Made by a program: the position numbers and the translations under genes. Of a DNA stretch of 63,927 bases, positions 59,965-63,927 are shown in pieces. The stretch spans positions 4,816,031 to 4,879,957 of the forward strand of contig NC_068982.1 of assembly GCF_001194135.2 (NCBI RefSeq), in the 5' to 3' direction. A model generated the notes under the pieces. The model saw only the letters and a program-made list of their open reading frames with translations. It had not been told where the DNA came from and ran no database searches. The number at the start of each line of letters is the position of its first letter. Position 1 is the first letter of the stretch. This DNA comes from Octopus bimaculoides. Its lineage: Eukaryota.

Positions 59965-60687
59965 GACTAATGGATTTTAGGGTCTGGAGGATATGAAACC
60001 CAGGGTAACCCCACAGACTGGCCGTATCTATCTTTAACTGTATACTGTACTGCTCTATAATTTAGAGTGTATGCTTCGATTTTGGATTTATGATTTACTG
60101 AAGATTTATATATGTATGTATGACACACACACACAGATATACATAAGCACACCTGAGTGTATGTTTATGAATGTGACAGGTATGTGTCCCCATGTAAACA
60201 CCTATACTTCAGGAATATATACTTTATCTATAAAAAGCATTTAGAAATTTTCATAAGACTTAACAAAACTTGTTAGCTCAATGGTTTTTAATTAAAAGCA
60301 TAAATTTAAAAGAAATGGTGAAAAACAACACACTATTTAGAAATACAAATTTTACAATGAATTAAAATATTGAAAGAAAACTGAAATCAAATAATTTGAT
60401 AGGAAAGAGGAAAAATTCTATGAAACAAAATGTGTAATTTGAATCTTGTTTATAAAGTAATTAGAAAGATTTAGAAAATAGCATTAACAAAAATAAGTAA
60501 TAAATATATAAAACTAAAGAAAGAGCAAAATATTAGAATTAGTTATAAAGTGATAGAAAAATCTGCAAGAACAATTATTTGGAGGAATTTGTATGAAAGA
60601 CAAAGCAAACAATGATATAGATAATATAGTTTTTGTATTTGGTTTGGAAGATTCTTGCTGTGAAGTCGTGAGTTGAAACAAATCTTG

Positions 60688-60955
60688 TGTCTTGGGAGGG
60701 TCATTATGCCAATAATAATAAACACATGCACTGGTTCAATATCACTTCTATACTGTTATTAATTGATTGTTTATTTAATGTGCTGGGAGCAGATCTTGAG
60801 AAAGGGCAAGACAAGTTATTGAAAAGGTCATCAATAGTGATAAAAGGACTTTAAATGACAAACAGCCAATTGATTACTTAACCAGCACATTAAAGAAGTG
60901 ATATTGAACCAGTGTGTGTGTGTTTATTACTGGCATAATGACCTTCCCAAGACAA
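60688..60955. repeat. foldback/MITE-like element with approx. 70-100 bp inverted arms
   Basis: TGTCTTGGGAGGGTCATTATGCCA...CACTGGTTCAATATCACTTC...TTTAATGTGCTGG is mirrored at 60883-60955. The left arm has an extra approx. 24 nt. Confidence 0.85.
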
Positions 60956-62329
60956 TGAAATAATATGGCATTTATGTGTAAAATATCTTTAATACTGAGA
61001 CAGGTAGAAGAACAAGTTATTAATAACAACGACAATATGAATATAAACGGTGGAAAGGAAAATAAACAATAGATAAGTACTAAATAAAAGAAATTAATAT
61101 TAATTAATTAGAGGTTTAAATAGTAATGTGCTACTTTGAATATTTTGTATTATCTCATTTTGTCCCTTAATGATTATACAAAGACATGAATGAGCTTGTC
61201 TTTCATCCTTGTAAGATTGATAGAATAAGTTCCATCCATGTACAGCGTCGGTCCACTTGATTCTTTCTTAACTTATGCCTGGCTTTGTCTCAAAGTAAGA
61301 AATAAATAGCAATGTTTCAGCTATACTGTTTTCCAAAGATGAACCAAAATTCAATAAAACTCTCAAGTCTCCAACAAAAATAAATACTAAATTGTGAAAA
61401 CAATTTCTTAGATATATAAAATGTGAAAAATATAGATGAATAAGAATCACAACTACAGTTATGAAAATATTTGCTAATTCAAACATTCACAATATTATAA
61501 TCCAAATGATTTTGATTTCATGAAAATGGGTTCCAAAATCTTTCAAAATGAAACATATGAAGTCTTAAAAACTAGTGTAAAATTATTTCTGTCATAGAGG
61601 AGCAAAATAGCTAATTAATGGGACATCACTTTAATGAGTTAATAGAGAAATTAATTTTTAGTTGGATTACTGTTAAAAAAAAAATGAAATTCTTAGTAGA
61701 CAATGGTTATTTTGAATTAGAATACATTCTGATTTTTTTGGTCAAAACATTGGTATTTTCTTGTGATTATCGAAGCATCGTTCTAGGTTAACATGTTTCT
61801 TCTACTATGGCAAAGATAAATAATAAAAAAAATGTGCTTAGAAATGGTAAATGTATTCATTTAGATACAGAGATGATTTACTCACTATAAATAATAACTT
61901 GCGTGCAAAGATTTTACAGACATATAATGCTAAAATTAGAGTTAAAAAAGAAAGGAAAAATAATAATAAAAAATTGGCTGGAAAGTTTTAGATAGAAAAA
62001 AAGACTTATTAAAAAGAAATAACAAACAATATGATATAACAGACTTGAAATATGAAAATAGCAATACAAAAAGTAAATAAATAAAAAAAAAATGCAACAA
62101 TACAAACAAATTTAAAAACCTGTAAAGAATAGCAAAAAAAAAAAAAGGACTTTGAAAGATGTCTGAAGAAGAAAAGAATTAATAGAAACCTGAAGTTATG
62201 TAACAAAACTAATAAATCTTGGAATAAATAACAGAAACTGTTTATTTGAACCAAAATTTAGCAGATATCTTAAAAGACCCATGCAAAAGTGAAAATGCAT
62301 TAACTTCCAACAAATGAAGAAGGCACAGA

Positions 62330-62600
62330 CATGGAAGTTTGCTTCTCAACCACATGGTTCTGGGTTCAGTCTCAGTGCGTGACACCTTGGGCAAGTGTTT
62401 TCCACTATAGCCTCAGGTTGACCAGTACCTTGTGAGTGGATTTAGTAGAGGGAAACTGAAAGAAGCCCATCATACATATCTCTGTGTGTGTGTGTGTGTG
62501 TGTGTGTATCTGTGTTTGTCCCCCACCACAACTTGACAAACTGTTTTAGCTTGTTTACATCCCCATAACTTAGCAGTTCAGCCTAATCAGGCTTAAAATA
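62330..62600 (+). mobile_element. family B tRNA-SINE (partial)
   Basis: gaagtttgcttctcaaccacatggttctgggttcagtc...accttgggcaagtg...gaaactgaaagaagccc. Confidence 0.75.
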
Positions 62601-62699
62601 CTGGGATCAAGTTCCTTTCAGGTCTTGGGCCTCATGAAGGCAAAATGGCTGAGCTCCTTTCGAGTCTTGCAATACACACCAATACACACATCTAAAGCA

Positions 62700-62823
62700 A
62701 AATTTTTCCAGGGGGTCCTCAAAATACTATTGTGGTTCCCCAATTTACTATTTTGTTGAGTGGACCCCCAAAAATCTTAATTGGACTCTCAGGGGCCATA
62801 TGAACCCTAGTTGAGAAACACTG
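62700..62823. mobile_element. hAT-type MITE terminal fragment
   Basis: Ends GTTGAGAAACACTG (reverse complement of hAT-like CAGTGTTTCTCAAC). The other end was not found. Confidence 0.5.
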
Positions 62824-62861
62824 TGTGCTTTTTCAGATATAAAATCCACCGACGATACATA

Positions 62862-63094
62862 CAGGGTGGCCCAAAAGTAGGTCTACAGTTATCATGTAGG
62901 CACTTTAAATTTCCTTTAAAACATTTTACTACATTTAAATTTCTATCTTACAAACTGAAAAGGGAGCTTGACAAAATTAACTAAATTAGCATAGAAAAAT
63001 GGCTTCATATTTTTTTGTAATTAAGATCAAAACTGTTAATATATGAATGTGAAAGATATTCGAATAACTGCAAACCTACTTTGGGGTCACCCTA
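62862..63094. mobile_element. Tc1/mariner-type MITE (233 bp)
   Basis: TA|CAGGGTGGCCCAAAAGTAGGTCTACAGTTAT ... ATAACTGCAAACCTACTTTGGGGTCACCCTA|TA. About 31-bp TIR with 5 mismatches and a TA TSD. Confidence 0.85.
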
Positions 63095-63585
63095 TATATG
63101 TATATATATATATATGTCTTGCAGCCCCTACTGATCAGATTCCCTTTCTCTCTCCCTTTTCTTTTACTCCCATTAGACTTGAGTTGCCATGCAGATCCAT
63201 CTACAGGAACCTGCTCTGACCACCCCTCTCATAGTAATTCCTTGTTCTCTAGCATGAAACCAAACACCACCACCACCACCATCTCACCTAGGGTTGGTAG
63301 TCCCACAAATTGCATGGTGACTTCTATAGTGTAGATAACATGGAAAAACAAGCACCCATTCCATGCTGTAAATTGGTTGGCATTAGGAAGGACATCCATC
63401 TGTAGAAGCCATGCCAAAACCAAAATTGGAGCTTGATGTAGTCTTGGGTGCATTGTATCCTATCAAACCATCCAACGTATGCCAGTATAGAACATGAATA
63501 TTATATGATGATGATGATGATGGTATATTCATATTTATCAATTCGTTTCGCAAGATTACTGATGTGAATCCGTGTGTTGAAACAG

Positions 63586-63685
63586 ATATTGTTGTATTTC
63601 AGGGTGGTCATTTTTTTTCTTTTCTTAGTGTGTGTGTTTATTTGGCCAAAAAGAAAAAAATGACCATCCCGAAATACAACAATAT
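63586..63685. repeat. 100-bp foldback mini-MITE
   Basis: ATATTGTTGTATTTCAGGGTGGTCATTTTTTTTCTTTT ... AAAAGAAAAAAATGACCATCCCGAAATACAACAATAT. 2 mismatches plus 1 indel, approx. 25-nt spacer, TA at both ends. Confidence 0.85.
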
Positions 63686-63690
63686 ATATA

Positions 63691-63927
63691 TCATCATCAT
63701 CATCATCATCATCATTGTTTAGCGTCCGCTTTCCATGCTAGCATGGGTTGGACGATTTGACTGAGGACTGGTGAAACCGGATGGCAACACCAGGCTCCAA
63801 TCTAATTTGGCAGAGTTTCTACAGCTGGATGCCCTTCCTAACGCCAACCACTCAGAGAGTGTAGTGGGTGCTTTTACGTGTCACCCGCACGAAAACGGCC
63901 ACGCTCGAAATGGTGTCTTTTATGTGC
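63691..63927 (-). mobile_element. young RTE-type 3'UTR copy (family C), runs off the window
   Basis: (CAT)n tail followed by a body near-identical to 43010-43247. Confidence 0.85.

Noticed and set aside
63557-63590. CTGATGTG...GAAAC as a hammerhead
   Set aside because: A9 is missing, stem II is weak, and there is no valid stem III or cleavage triplet.
58000-63927. Search for the upstream NCS-1 exon (DG.I.F.EF..ALS.TSRG...EKL.W)
   Set aside because: Not found in readable sequence. It lies beyond the window or in the gap 59358-59659, so it is not annotated.
1-63927. CRISPR arrays, rRNA or prokaryotic systems
   Set aside because: No regularly spaced repeat-spacer array, rRNA or operon-like gene density. 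The sequence is clearly eukaryotic and intron-rich.

Overview
AT-rich, gap-containing animal genomic DNA, saturated with (TA)n/(TG)n/(CA)n/(AAT)n/(CAT)n microsatellites, tRNA-derived SINEs, LINE remnants and MITEs. The repeat landscape and the molluscan-type calcium sensor point to an octopus/cephalopod (inference). One host gene is recognisable: the three 3' coding exons of an NCS-1/frequenin (aplycalcin-like) neuronal calcium sensor on the minus strand (57876-57964, 56107-56184, 39151-39252). Its 5' exons were not found and lie beyond the window or in a gap. The most striking feature is a five-copy family of short non-autonomous palindromic elements (15050-15460, 30892-31116, 48781-48910, 52196-52453, 56404-56921). 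Each full arm reads tRNA-like Pol III head - (AAT)n - a tail containing a minimal type I hammerhead ribozyme with a palindromic stem III, as in Penelope-like elements. The arms are joined head-to-head, and four copies are flanked by 10-12 bp target-site duplications. One hammerhead with an intact core lies on the sense strand of an NCS-1 intron. Nearly all long ORFs in the supplied track are microsatellite or N-gap artefacts. No database search or folding computation was run; family names are from recall and alignments were done by eye.
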